Below are positions 19,517 to 29,660 of a stretch of 64,000 bases of DNA, piece by piece; position 1 is the first letter of the stretch; each line of letters opens with the position of its first letter. Source of the stretch: an uncultured bacterium (GTDB lineage: Bacteria; Patescibacteriota; Saccharimonadia; UBA4664); the NCBI GenBank assembly GCA_963740635.1, contig CAVUEQ010000001.1, positions 401,026 to 465,025 on the forward strand, given 5' to 3'. A program made the translations under genes and the position numbers. The notes under the pieces were generated by a model. The model ran no database searches, was not told the origin of the DNA, and saw nothing but the letters and a program-made list of their open reading frames with translations.

Positions 19517-19720
19517 GTGACCCAGACCCGGATGTCCGTTGAGAGCGCGCTGGCATGGCGCGACCTGGCCGTTACCAAGCTCGACGAAGCACGTGGCAAA
19601 ATCGACCCCAAGGATTGGGGCGAGGACGGCCAGCTCAAAGGGCTGATGAAGGATCTCAACGAAGCCACAGATGCGCTCGGCGAAGCCGAATGGTGGCGAG
19701 ACCACCCCGGCTGTAGCTAG
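19517..19720 (+). CDS. hypothetical 67-aa protein
   Basis: GTG start with GGAG 8 nt upstream. Helical acidic sequence, no recognised domain. Confidence 0.4.
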   Translation: MTQTRMSVESALAWRDLAVTKLDEARGKIDPKDWGEDGQLKGLMKDLNEATDALGEAEWWRDHPGCS

Positions 19721-19795
19721 AGGCATGCAAGGGTGGAAACGCCCGGCCCCTGGGAGTTACGACTTCCATGGGGCTGGGCACCCACTGAATTATTT

Positions 19796-19822
19796 CGCCC
19801 CCGTTTTGGGGGCGTTTTATTT
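19796..19822 (+). terminator. intrinsic terminator
   Basis: CGCCCCC-GTTTT-GGGGGCG stem-loop followed by TTTTATTT. Overlaps the stop of the convergent DUF1345 gene. Confidence 0.65.
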
Positions 19823-20473
19823 GCCGAGACCGGCGACGAGGTTGATGGTGGTGGCGATGATGACAGTACCCAGCAGGTAAGCCAGCAACGCGTGACGCAG
19901 CCCCATGGAGCGGAATTCGCGTGATTTGAGGCTGGTATCGGAGACCTGGTAGGTCATGCCCATGGTGAAAGCGAGGTAGGCGAAATCGGCGTAGACTGGG
20001 GTCTTGGTGTCGCCAAAATCGACGCCGCCGGTGGGAGCGGTGTAATACAACTCGGCGTAGCGCAGCGCGTAGAGTGTGTGGACCATCAGCCATGACGCCA
20101 TCACGCTGATGACGGCGAGGGTGGTGCTGGAGATTTGGGCGCCGCTGGGCGTGCCTTTGGCGTTCACGAGGATGAGCGCCACCGCGCCCAGGCTGGCAAT
20201 GCTGGCCACCAGGAGGATGGCATCCGACACCACGCGCGATGGGTCTTCGCGGGTGGCGTGCTTTTTGACGAGATCGGGGCCGTATTGCGATACCTGGGCC
20301 CAGGTGACGGCCACGAACAGGACGGCGACGGTGTCCCAGGCCACGATGGCGGCTAGCGCGATTGGCGCGGCGCCGGCGGTGAGACCACCCACGGCAATCC
20401 CGGCAACAGCAATTGCAGCTAGCTTCACCCAGGCGCGGGGGACGGATTTTTCGTTGGTGAGCTTTACCGGCAT
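19817..20473 (-). CDS. DUF1345-like integral membrane protein
   Basis: Start set at ATG 20471-20473 (MPVKLTNEK...), 6 nt after TGcTATAAA. The longer track ORF overlaps the upstream gene with junk-like sequence. Confidence 0.65.
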   Translation of the reverse strand: MPVKLTNEKSVPRAWVKLAAIAVAGIAVGGLTAGAAPIALAAIVAWDTVAVLFVAVTWAQVSQYGPDLVKKHATREDPSRVVSDAILLVASIASLGAVALILVNAKGTPSGAQISSTTLAVISVMASWLMVHTLYALRYAELYYTAPTGGVDFGDTKTPVYADFAYLAFTMGMTYQVSDTSLKSREFRSMGLRHALLAYLLGTVIIATTINLVAGLGK

Positions 20474-20488
20474 GATCAATTTATAGCA

Positions 20489-20525
20489 CAAAAAGCAACG
20501 AGCCCGCCCATACGGACGGGTTCGT
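20489..20525 (-). terminator. intrinsic terminator after the shikimate-kinase-like gene
   Basis: 9-bp stem (one mismatch) at 20498-20525, followed on the minus strand by TGCTTTTTG. Confidence 0.5.
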
Positions 20526-20540
20526 CGCGCGTGAGCGGGG

Positions 20541-21143
20541 CTAGAGCAGGTATCCCTCCTTGAGCAGCCAGTTGAAGATGACCCCAGCGACTTCGTCCTC
20601 GACGAGGTTGTCGGTTTCCAGTCGCCAGTCTGCCAGCTCGTCGTAAAACTCAGTGCGCAGGGCGCGGCGGGAGGCCAAGTCATCACGCAGCGTGGTGTGG
20701 CCTTCGAGGAGCGGCCGCCCGGCATCCTCCTGGCTGGTGATGCGGGCGATCAAAACGTCGTCCGCGGCGTCGAGCCATAAGCAGGGGCAGTTCAGGCGCT
20801 TGAGGGCGCGGCGGTTGGCTTTGCGCTTCACTGAGCCGCCCCCGAGGGCGATCACCGCATGCCTGGGGAGGCCCAGGACGACCTTCGTTTCCAGGTCACG
20901 GAAGCGCTCCTCGCCGTAGGTCTTGATGTACTCATCGATTGACATCTTTCGGCCGACTTCGGCTTCGATCAGGCGCTCGACCTCGGTATCAACATCGATG
21001 AAGAGCTCTGGAAGCGGCACGTCGACATGGCGCTCTGCCAGCCATGCCTGGATGATCCTGGCGACCCTGATGCCTACAGTGCCCTTGCCGGCGCCGGGCA
21101 GGCCTTCGAGGTGAAGCCCGGGGAAACTGTCGATGGTTGTCAT
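20541..21143 (-). CDS. aroK: shikimate kinase-like P-loop kinase
   Basis: Walker A GLPGAGKGT, FIDVDTEVE and ALGGGSV blocks as in AroK. Start set at ATG 21141-21143. Confidence 0.55.
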   Translation of the reverse strand: MTTIDSFPGLHLEGLPGAGKGTVGIRVARIIQAWLAERHVDVPLPELFIDVDTEVERLIEAEVGRKMSIDEYIKTYGEERFRDLETKVVLGLPRHAVIALGGGSVKRKANRRALKRLNCPCLWLDAADDVLIARITSQEDAGRPLLEGHTTLRDDLASRRALRTEFYDELADWRLETDNLVEDEVAGVIFNWLLKEGYLL

Positions 21144-21309
21144 GATATGTACCCCAATCTGGATCTCGTGGGAGGATATTGGCTTCACGGTTATACCATA
21201 AAGCTGGCCTGCGGCAAAATGGCGAGCTCCGATCTTAAGCGAAAACTATTTGGTGCTTACGCTTTGCTGAGGGCCTGCGCCCGGCGGGAAGGGTGCGTTC
21301 GCGGGAATC

Positions 21310-21336
21310 AAAAATGGCCCCGGAGGGCCGCTTTTT
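21310..21336 (-). terminator. weak hairpin with flanking A/T runs after tuf
   Basis: AAAAA-tGGCCC-cgga-GGGCC-gcTTTTT. Only a 5-bp GC stem. Confidence 0.35.
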
Positions 21337-21364
21337 GGCTTAGCAGTGCGCCGCGCTGCGCAGG

Positions 21365-22550
<1,186 letters not shown>

Positions 22551-22642
22551 TGGTTCTCCTTAAAAATTGCGTTCGACAGTAATGGGGCTATAGAGCCTCA
22601 ATAATCCGAGCATAAAAAATTCTGCCCGCATTGGACCCGATA

Positions 22643-22672
22643 ATTATAGCGAGGTGGACGGGGTCTTGTAAA
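22643..22672 (-). promoter_or_regulatory. tuf promoter
   Basis: Minus strand reads TTTACA (22667-22672), 18 nt, TATAAT (22643-22648). Leader ends in AAGGAG before the ATG. Confidence 0.5.
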
Positions 22673-22685
22673 TACCTTAGCAGCA

Positions 22686-22716
22686 GAAAAAGCCATGCCC
22701 GGCGCTAAGCGCTGGG
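22686..22716 (-). terminator. hairpin after the NUDIX gene
   Basis: CCCAGCGC-TTA-GCGCCGGG (one mismatch), then a T-run within 6 nt on the minus strand. Confidence 0.4.
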
Positions 22717-22734
22717 TTGGACGTGGGCGCGGCG

Positions 22735-23280
22735 CTACTTGAGGTGGCCGAGGTGTAGGCCGGCCAATGCGACGGCCGAGATGGTTTGGGCGTCGGTGAT
22801 TTCCCCGGCCGCAATGATTTTCTTGAGCTCGGCCCAACTCACCCACCGCTTGGCCGTGATGGTGTCGTTGGTGCCGCCCAGCGGTTCGCGGACCTGGTGC
22901 AGGCCGGTGGCCACGAAGGTAATGTTGCGCACGGCGGCGAACCCCCCAAACGGGTTGATGTCGTGGGTCAGGCGTTCCCACCGGTCGGCGTGGAGGCCGG
23001 CCTCTTCGGCCAGCTCACGCTTGGCGGCGTCAATTTCGTCCTCGCCGTCGATGTTGCCGGCCGGAATTTCCCAGGAGGTGGCGCCGGTGGTGTAGCGCTC
23101 CTGCTCAATGAGGCAAACCTTGTGGTCGTCGTTGAGGGCCACAATAAAGACCGCCGGCCGCGTTTCGACCCAGCCATACACCGTCGACCGCCCGTTTGGT
23201 GTGATCACTTGGTCTTCATGGACGGACATGTAATCGTTTTGGTAAACAATTTTGCTCGAAAGACGCTGCCATTTGCTCAT
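22735..23280 (-). CDS. NUDIX hydrolase (ADP-ribose pyrophosphatase-like)
   Basis: 181-aa ORF with a Nudix box (GNIDGEDEIDAAKRELAEEAGL). Confidence 0.85.
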   Translation of the reverse strand: MSKWQRLSSKIVYQNDYMSVHEDQVITPNGRSTVYGWVETRPAVFIVALNDDHKVCLIEQERYTTGATSWEIPAGNIDGEDEIDAAKRELAEEAGLHADRWERLTHDINPFGGFAAVRNITFVATGLHQVREPLGGTNDTITAKRWVSWAELKKIIAAGEITDAQTISAVALAGLHLGHLK

Positions 23281-23286
23281 AACAAG

Positions 23287-24396
23287 TTATGAATTCCGCT
23301 TATTGTCCGTATCATCGCATAATTTGCCCAGAAACTCGAAAATTTCGGCCAGCTCGGCGCGGTTGACGTACTCGCCGGGGCTGTGGGGGTTGTGGTAGCC
23401 GGCGCCCATCATGACCACGTCGAGGCCGCGGCCGGCCAGGATGCCGCCGTCGAAGCAGCCGTAGGTGGGCTGGAGGTTGGGGGTGAGGTTGACTGCCCCC
23501 AGCGCGCCGGCGACGTGCCGGAAGAGCGCGCCCGATTGGTCGAGGCGGTAGGCCGGCGAGTCTTTGGCGATGGTGATTTTGGGCTCCACGCCGTGCTTTT
23601 TGGCCGTGTCGCGGAAGGTTTGCTCGACCTGCGCGGCGGCCGCATCGGCCTTGGCTGTATCAAAACTGCGCAGCTCGGCCTGGAGCGAAGCCACACCGGG
23701 AACTTGGTTACGGGCTTTGCCAAAGCCGAATATGCCGATGTTGCAAGTGACGCCCGGCTCGTACTCCCCCACCTTGATTTGATTTGCGGCATCGATGAGG
23801 GCGGCGCCGGCGTTGCGCCCGGCCTGCCATTCGGCGGGGTGGGCGGTGCGGCCCACGTATTCGACGTCGATTTTGATATAGGCCGGACTCTGCGTGACGA
23901 CATTGTTGACCCGGCCGGTCCAGTCGAGCACAATGGCGCGCTTAGCGCTCAGCAGTTTCATGTCGAGGTCTTTGGCGCCGAGGCAGCCGGACTCTTCGCC
24001 GACCGTGAACAACAGTTCGAGCGGACTGGCCGGCCTCACTCTCCCAGCGGCGATGGCGCTCACGAGCTCCAGGAGGGCGGCTACGGCTGCCTTATCGTCG
24101 CCGCCGAGCAAACCCGTGCCGTCGGTTTTGATGACGTCCGGGTCCACGACCACCTGGCGGCCGGCCAGCGGTGCGGCAATGTCGGTGTGAGCCACCAGGG
24201 CTAGGGCCTCGCCGGCTGCCTCCGATCCCGGTATGCGCGCCACGATGTTGCCCATTGGGTCTTTCTTATAAGGAACATTTCCTTTCTCAAGCCGGCCGGT
24301 AATATATTCCAGTACCTTTTTCTCGTGTGGGTGCACCTCGTCGATGGCTACTAGGTCGAGGAAGGTTTGCTCGAGTTGAGTTATGCGCTGTGACAT
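23287..24396 (-). CDS. M20-family metallopeptidase (peptidase T-like)
   Basis: 369-aa ORF. HTD...GGDDKAAVA...GEESG metal-ligand blocks. ATG is 6 nt after TGcTACAAT (24403-24411). Confidence 0.75.
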   Translation of the reverse strand: MSQRITQLEQTFLDLVAIDEVHPHEKKVLEYITGRLEKGNVPYKKDPMGNIVARIPGSEAAGEALALVAHTDIAAPLAGRQVVVDPDVIKTDGTGLLGGDDKAAVAALLELVSAIAAGRVRPASPLELLFTVGEESGCLGAKDLDMKLLSAKRAIVLDWTGRVNNVVTQSPAYIKIDVEYVGRTAHPAEWQAGRNAGAALIDAANQIKVGEYEPGVTCNIGIFGFGKARNQVPGVASLQAELRSFDTAKADAAAAQVEQTFRDTAKKHGVEPKITIAKDSPAYRLDQSGALFRHVAGALGAVNLTPNLQPTYGCFDGGILAGRGLDVVMMGAGYHNPHSPGEYVNRAELAEIFEFLGKLCDDTDNKRNS

Positions 24397-24534
24397 GCAT
24401 CGATTGTAGCAGAGGAATTTTTTTGGGTTCAGGCACTAGCCAGTTGGTGTCTCAAATTGGGAGATAGGGCGAAATATTAGCCTCGAATTTGAAAGTTATG
24501 TCTCAAAATGAGACACCCTGTTGATTGGGCGCAT

Positions 24535-24567
24535 TCGAAAAAAAGAAAAGCCCCCGATGACCGAGGG
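24535..24567 (-). terminator. intrinsic terminator after fusA
   Basis: Minus strand reads CCCTCG-GTCAT-CGGGGG then CTTTTCTTTTTTT. Confidence 0.6.
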
Positions 24568-24593
24568 TCATTTCCTTAGAAGCAAAGCCGAAT

Positions 24594-26685
24594 TTAACCC
24601 GCGGCTTTGGCGGCGGCGCGCTTGCCGATGATCTCTTCGGCGACGTTGCGCGGAACTTCCTCGTAGTGGTCGAATTCCATGGTGTTGCTGCCCCGGCCCT
24701 GGGTCATAGAGCGCAGGGTGGTGGTGTAGCCGAACATTTCGGCCAGGGGTACTTGCGCGTCCACGACCTTCACGCCGGCGCGGTCTTCCATTTTCTCGAC
24801 CCGTCCGCGCTTGGAGTTGAGGTCGCCGATAACGTCGCCCATGAACTCTTCGGGCACCACGACTTCGACTTTCATGATGGGCTCGAGAATGATTGGGTTG
24901 GCCTTTTTGGCCGCGGCCTGGAAGGCCATGGAGCCGGCGATCTTGAAGGCCATTTCGGATGAGTCGACGTCGTGGTAGGAGCCGTCGTAGAGCTTCACCT
25001 TGACGTCGACGATCGGGAAGCCGGCCACCACACCGTTGCCGATGGCCTCTTTCACGCCTTCCTCGGTAGGCTTAATGTATTCGCGCGGGATGATACCGCC
25101 GACGATGGCGTTTTCCCAGACGTAACCCTCGCCGGTTTCGGTGGGGCTGACCTCCACCCAGGCGTCGCCGTACTGGCCGCGGCCGCCGGATTGGCGCACG
25201 AATTTGCCCTGGGCGCTGGCGGTACCCTTAATGGTTTCGCGGTAGGCGACCTGCGGGCGGCCGACGTTGGCCTCCACCTTGAATTCGCGCTTCATGCGGT
25301 CGACCAGGATGTCCAGGTGCAGTTCGCCCATGCCCTCGATGATGGTTTGAGCGGTTTCCTCGTCGGTGTGCACGCGGAAGGTCGGGTCTTCTTCGGCCAG
25401 GCGCTGCAACGCGATGCCCATCTTCTCCTGGTCGGCCTTGGTTTTGGGCTCGACCGCGATCGAAATGACGGGCTCGGGAAAGATGATGCTCTCGAGAATC
25501 ATCGGGTTCTCGACACTGGTAATGGTGTTGCCGGTGGTGGTGTTTTTGAGGCCCACAGCGGCGGCAATGTCGCCGGCGTAGACTTCGGTGATTTCTTCGC
25601 GGGAGTCGGCGTGCATCCGCACCAGGCGGCCGATGCGCTCTTTCTCGCCGGTTGAGGTGTTCAGGATGTAACTGCCGGACTTGAGTGTGCCGGAGTAGAC
25701 GCGGAAGAAGGCCAGCTTGCCGACGAACGGGTCGGTGGCAATCTTGAAGGCCAGGCCGGCAAATGGCTCGGAATCGTCGGGCTTGCGCTCGAATTCGTCG
25801 CCGGTCTTGGGGTCGTGTGCCAAAGACGGAGCCGATGTCGAGCGGGGTGGGCAGGAAGTCGATGACGGCGTCGAGCAGCTTCTCCACGATCACGCCGCGG
25901 CCGTCGCCGCCGGAAACGGCGAAGAACTTGCCCGACAGCACGGACTTGCGGATGGCGGTTTTGAGCTCGCCGGTCGGTGAGCTCTTGGCCCTCCAGGTAT
26001 TTCTCGAGCAGCTCGTCGTCGGCCTCCACGGCCGCTTCGATCAGGTGGTGACGGTAGCTGCTCGGCCTTCTCCATCATGTCGGCGGGGATTTCGCCCTCG
26101 ACCAGCTCGTGGTCGTGGTATTCTTTGTAGGTGTAGGCCTTCATCTCGACGAGGTCGATCACGCCGTTGATGCTCTGCTCGAAGCCGATGGGCAGGTGGA
26201 TGGCAAGGCGCGCTTGGTGAGGCGGTCGTGAATGCTCTCGAGAGACTTGTAGAAGTCGCCGCCGGTCTGGTTGATCTTGTTAATGAAGCAAATGCGCGGC
26301 ACGCCGTACTTGTCGGCCTGGCGCCAGACGGTTTCGGACTCTGCGGCTCCACGCCCATTTTGCCGTCGAACACGGTGACGGCGCCGTCGAGCACGCGCAA
26401 GCTACGCTCCACCTCCACGGTAAAGTCGATGTGGCCGGGCGTGTCGATAATGTTGATGCGCTTGCCCTTCCAGAAGCAGGTCGTGGCAGCGGAGGTGATG
26501 GTGATACCGCGCTCTCGCTCCTGCTCCATCCAGTCCATAGTGGCCTCGCCCTGGTGGACCTCGCCGATCTTGTGGGTCTTGCCGGTTCGGTAAAGGATGC
26601 CCTCGGTGACGGTGGTTTTACCGGCGTCGATGTGGGCAATAATTCCAATGTTTCGGGTGTTTTCGAGCGAATATTCGCGGGCCAT
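24594..26685 (-). pseudogene. fusA: elongation factor G, frame broken by about 5 indels within 25814-26343 (probably sequence errors)
   Basis: EF-G blocks are spread over five overlapping ORFs in three frames, from the N-terminus [25 protein letters not shown] to the C-terminal 409-aa fragment. Confidence 0.9.
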
Positions 26686-26806
26686 AGTGGGTGTGGGTAT
26701 CCTTAATCGTTAATTTAGCGCTCGTTAAATTGGCGCAAAACAAAACAGCGCCAAGCGCACTGGTTACATGTATTTTACCGGCATGCGGGTTCAAGCGCAA
26801 GTTTAG

Positions 26807-26835
26807 TTGACTCTTTGGGCTAAATATTATATATT
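26807..26835 (+). promoter_or_regulatory. promoter of the HTH / coiled-coil gene pair
   Basis: TTGACT (26807-26812), 17 nt, TATATT (26830-26835). The -35 lies inside a duplicated motif, CGCAAGTT(TAG)TTGACTCTTTRGG, whose second copy starts around 26870. Confidence 0.5.
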
Positions 26836-26906
26836 GTAGAAATTCCTTTGCCACTAGGGGCTACGGAAACGCAAGTTGACTCTTTAGGTTCTAGAAAGGA
26901 TCAGCC

Positions 26907-27098
26907 ATGACCTCACCCACTCCCAACCTCCTGCTCCCATCTGAAGTGGCCGAAGTGCTCCGGGTCAGCAAGATGACCGTCTACCGCCTCATCAAATCCG
27001 GCACCCTGCCGGCCGTCCGCATCGGACGTAGCTTCCGCATCCCGCAAGCGTCCTTCGAGGAGTACTTGCGGCAGGCCAGCTCTCAATCTGGTGACTAG
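26907..27098 (+). CDS. excisionase-family / MerR-like helix-turn-helix DNA-binding protein
   Basis: 63-aa ORF. LLLPSEVAEVLRVSKMTVYRLIKSGTLPAVRIGRSFRIP is the HTH_17/excisionase pattern. AAGGA Shine-Dalgarno. Confidence 0.75.
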   Translation: MTSPTPNLLLPSEVAEVLRVSKMTVYRLIKSGTLPAVRIGRSFRIPQASFEEYLRQASSQSGD

Positions 27099-27143
27099 CC
27101 TGGGCTCACCACTATCCGTACCTGCGTCCATGAGGAGGCGACC

Positions 27144-28217
27144 ATGACCGAACAACCAAATGGGCTCGATGTCTCGCAGATGATCGAGGCCCTTGAAGTG
27201 GAGGCTGGGAAACTTCGGCAAGCCGGCGATGCGCGTGCAACCGATCTTCGCTCATTGGAAGAGAATATCCGCAGCTTGCAGGAACATAAACAGACCAGAG
27301 TGCAACGGGAAGCCCAAGCATTGCGAGTGGAGCGATCCAGGGAGAGTAGGCGAAATGAGGCTCACTCGGCTATCGCCTTGTTGGACCGCCTCCTTACCGA
27401 ACGGTCAAAGTTGTACGTGGCATTGGACAACGGTTCTCTGTCTGCTGCAAAGGCCGTAGAAGCCAGGCACTCGCTTGCATTGCTGAAAAGCCGGATTTGT
27501 CATGCTCGCGATGCACTACGCGAACGGCTGGCAGCTGCCGAATTTGCGCAAGGGGTTTACCGGGACGAGGAGCTGATCCGGCAACTGCAAACGGCTACGT
27601 CGCCTCGATACCTTCCAGAGGGTGCAAAGTCGCGCGCCTTCATTGTGCGTACAGTCACTTTGTATTACCGGGACTTAGCCATAAGGGCTCGCATCAGGCT
27701 CAAAAAGAGATTGGGCGCGATGAACGCGGCGCAGGAGGCCAACCTCGCTAAGGAATCTCGGCGCGTTGGGCTACAGATAGACGATAAGCAAGACAGAATA
27801 CGGCGGGCGCTGGTGGCAGCCGAAGCAGAGACTGACCCGGCAGTGCGTGACGAGGATTTGATCCAACTGTTGCGGTCTGCCTTGGATAGGGCAAGCAAAA
27901 CGCTGCTTCGGTACGGCAAAGACGCCAGAACTGCGCCCGTGCTGATCGAGCAACTGGAGCTAGACCTGGTGCGAAGGGATGAGCTACTCGCTCTGTTAGC
28001 GGCAGGAGGGCTCAATCACGACGAAATCGCATCCGCCAGGTTCGAGCTCAGCTGGATAAGGCGCCATACCTATCGTATTCGCAAGGCTATTGACGCTATG
28101 ATCGAGACAGCAGCTACACTAGGCCCAGGGAGCCTCTCTCGCAAGGAACACTGGCTGCTCAGAAAGCTGAGAGAAGTGGTTGTTGCGGATTACGACCCGA
28201 GGAAAGTTCAGGATTAA
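27144..28217 (+). CDS. hypothetical Arg/Leu/Glu/Ala-rich, predicted all-helical protein (357 aa)
   Basis: GAGGAGG Shine-Dalgarno. No motif recognised. Confidence 0.5.
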   Translation: MTEQPNGLDVSQMIEALEVEAGKLRQAGDARATDLRSLEENIRSLQEHKQTRVQREAQALRVERSRESRRNEAHSAIALLDRLLTERSKLYVALDNGSLSAAKAVEARHSLALLKSRICHARDALRERLAAAEFAQGVYRDEELIRQLQTATSPRYLPEGAKSRAFIVRTVTLYYRDLAIRARIRLKKRLGAMNAAQEANLAKESRRVGLQIDDKQDRIRRALVAAEAETDPAVRDEDLIQLLRSALDRASKTLLRYGKDARTAPVLIEQLELDLVRRDELLALLAAGGLNHDEIASARFELSWIRRHTYRIRKAIDAMIETAATLGPGSLSRKEHWLLRKLREVVVADYDPRKVQD

Positions 28218-28219
28218 GG

Positions 28220-28252
28220 CCCCGCTCTGCCAGAATTTTCGGCGGAGCGGGG
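28220..28252. terminator. hairpin between convergent genes
   Basis: 12-bp stem CCCCGCTCTGCC / GGCGGAGCGGGG (one G-U pair), loop AGAATTTTC. Confidence 0.55.
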
Positions 28253-28271
28253 CGTTCGACTTTTTAGGCAA

Positions 28272-29660
28272 TTATTTTTCGTTTTGGAGCTTGGCGGCGA
28301 GCTCTGCGGCCAGGTTGTCGTAGCCGGACACGCTTAAGGCAAGGATGACGTCGCCGGGTTTGGTATTTGCGATGACATGCTTGACTAGCTCGGCGCGGTC
28401 GGGCTCGTAGAAAGCGTCTGACTTGCGGCCGTTTAGGAGGTCGTCGCCGCTGACGGTGTGCTCAGCGCCGGCTTCGCGCGCTCCCTCGATATCGGTGACA
28501 TAGCAAACCTCGGCGGCGGTGAGCACCGAGCGGTATTCGTGGAGCAGGGTTTTGGTGCGCGAGTAGGTGTGCGGGCGGAAAATAACCACGATGCGGCGGC
28601 CGGGAAAGTGCAACTTGGCCGCCTCGATGTTGACGGCGACTTCGGTGGGGTGGTGAGCGTAGTCGTCGATGACGGCGATGGCGGCTTCGGGGTCGGAAAC
28701 TAGATTGAAGCGGCGGTAGGCGCCCCGGAAGCCGGCCGCGCCCTCGAGGATTTGGTCGAACGCGAGACCCTGCTGGAGGCCGGCGGCGACCGCGGCGAGG
28801 GTGTTGAGCACATTGTGCTTACCGTAGAGGGCGATGGCGACGTGGCCAAGCACGCCGCCGTTTTTGTGGACTTCAAATTCCAGGCCCTGCGGGAGGTAGG
28901 CGATGTTGCGGGCGCCGAGGTCGCCGTCAGTGAGGCCGTAGGTCGTGACTGGGCAGCTAGCAGTGGCGGCGATTTCGAGCACGGTTTTGGACTCGGAGCA
29001 GGCGATGAGGTGGCCGGATTTTGGCACGGCGGCCACAATTTCGCGGAACCTGGCTTTCACCAATTCAAAGGTCGGGAAGGCGTCGGGGTGGTCGTGCTCC
29101 ACTGAGGTGAGCACGAGCGTGCCGGGGTGGTAATACTGAACTTTGGATTTGGGGTCGAGCGCCGAGGCCTTGTATTCGTCGCCCTCGACGACCACCGTGC
29201 CGGCGCCGGTCAGGCGCACGCTCGACGGAAAGTTGAACGGCTGGATGCCCACGAGATAATCCGGCGAGCGGCCGGCCGACTCCAGCAGCCAGGCGATGAG
29301 CGCGGTGGTGGTGGTTTTGCCATGCGTGCCGGCCACGGCAATTACTTGGGCGTGCTCGGTGAGGTGGCCAAAAAATTCGGCGTAAGATTGCACGGGAAGG
29401 CCGCGGCGCCGGGCCTCGGTGATCACCGGCGAATCCGGCGTGACGTGCGCGCCGGTGATAATGACGGCCGTCACGCCGTCGAGCTGCACGGGGTCGAAAT
29501 GTGTCCACCACACGAATTTGTGTTCGTCGAGCCAGGTGCTCCCGGGCGGTATGGCGCCGGGGTCGAGGCCCGTCACCTGGTAGCCGTTGTCGCGGGCGGC
29601 CAGGGCCAGACCGCGCATGGCGTGGCCGGCGATGCCCACGAAGTACAGGTGACCGCTCAC
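28272..29660 (-). CDS. Mur-ligase family, Mpl-like (UDP-MurNAc:tripeptide ligase) or MurC-like
   Basis: 462-aa ORF. GTHGKTTTT P-loop. EGDEY...KSK, VEHDHPDAF and DDYAHHPTE blocks align with my recollection of E. coli Mpl. GTG start overlaps the upstream stop (GTGA). Confidence 0.75.
   Translation of the reverse strand: MSGHLYFVGIAGHAMRGLALAARDNGYQVTGLDPGAIPPGSTWLDEHKFVWWTHFDPVQLDGVTAVIITGAHVTPDSPVITEARRRGLPVQSYAEFFGHLTEHAQVIAVAGTHGKTTTTALIAWLLESAGRSPDYLVGIQPFNFPSSVRLTGAGTVVVEGDEYKASALDPKSKVQYYHPGTLVLTSVEHDHPDAFPTFELVKARFREIVAAVPKSGHLIACSESKTVLEIAATASCPVTTYGLTDGDLGARNIAYLPQGLEFEVHKNGGVLGHVAIALYGKHNVLNTLAAVAAGLQQGLAFDQILEGAAGFRGAYRRFNLVSDPEAAIAVIDDYAHHPTEVAVNIEAAKLHFPGRRIVVIFRPHTYSRTKTLLHEYRSVLTAAEVCYVTDIEGAREAGAEHTVSGDDLLNGRKSDAFYEPDRAELVKHVIANTKPGDVILALSVSGYDNLAAELAAKLQNEK

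Noticed and set aside
20474-20725. 84-codon N-terminal extension of the DUF1345 ORF
   Set aside because: It overlaps the AroK-like gene and its terminator. The ATG at 20471-20473 lies exactly 6 nt after TGcTATAAA, matching the leaderless pattern seen elsewhere.
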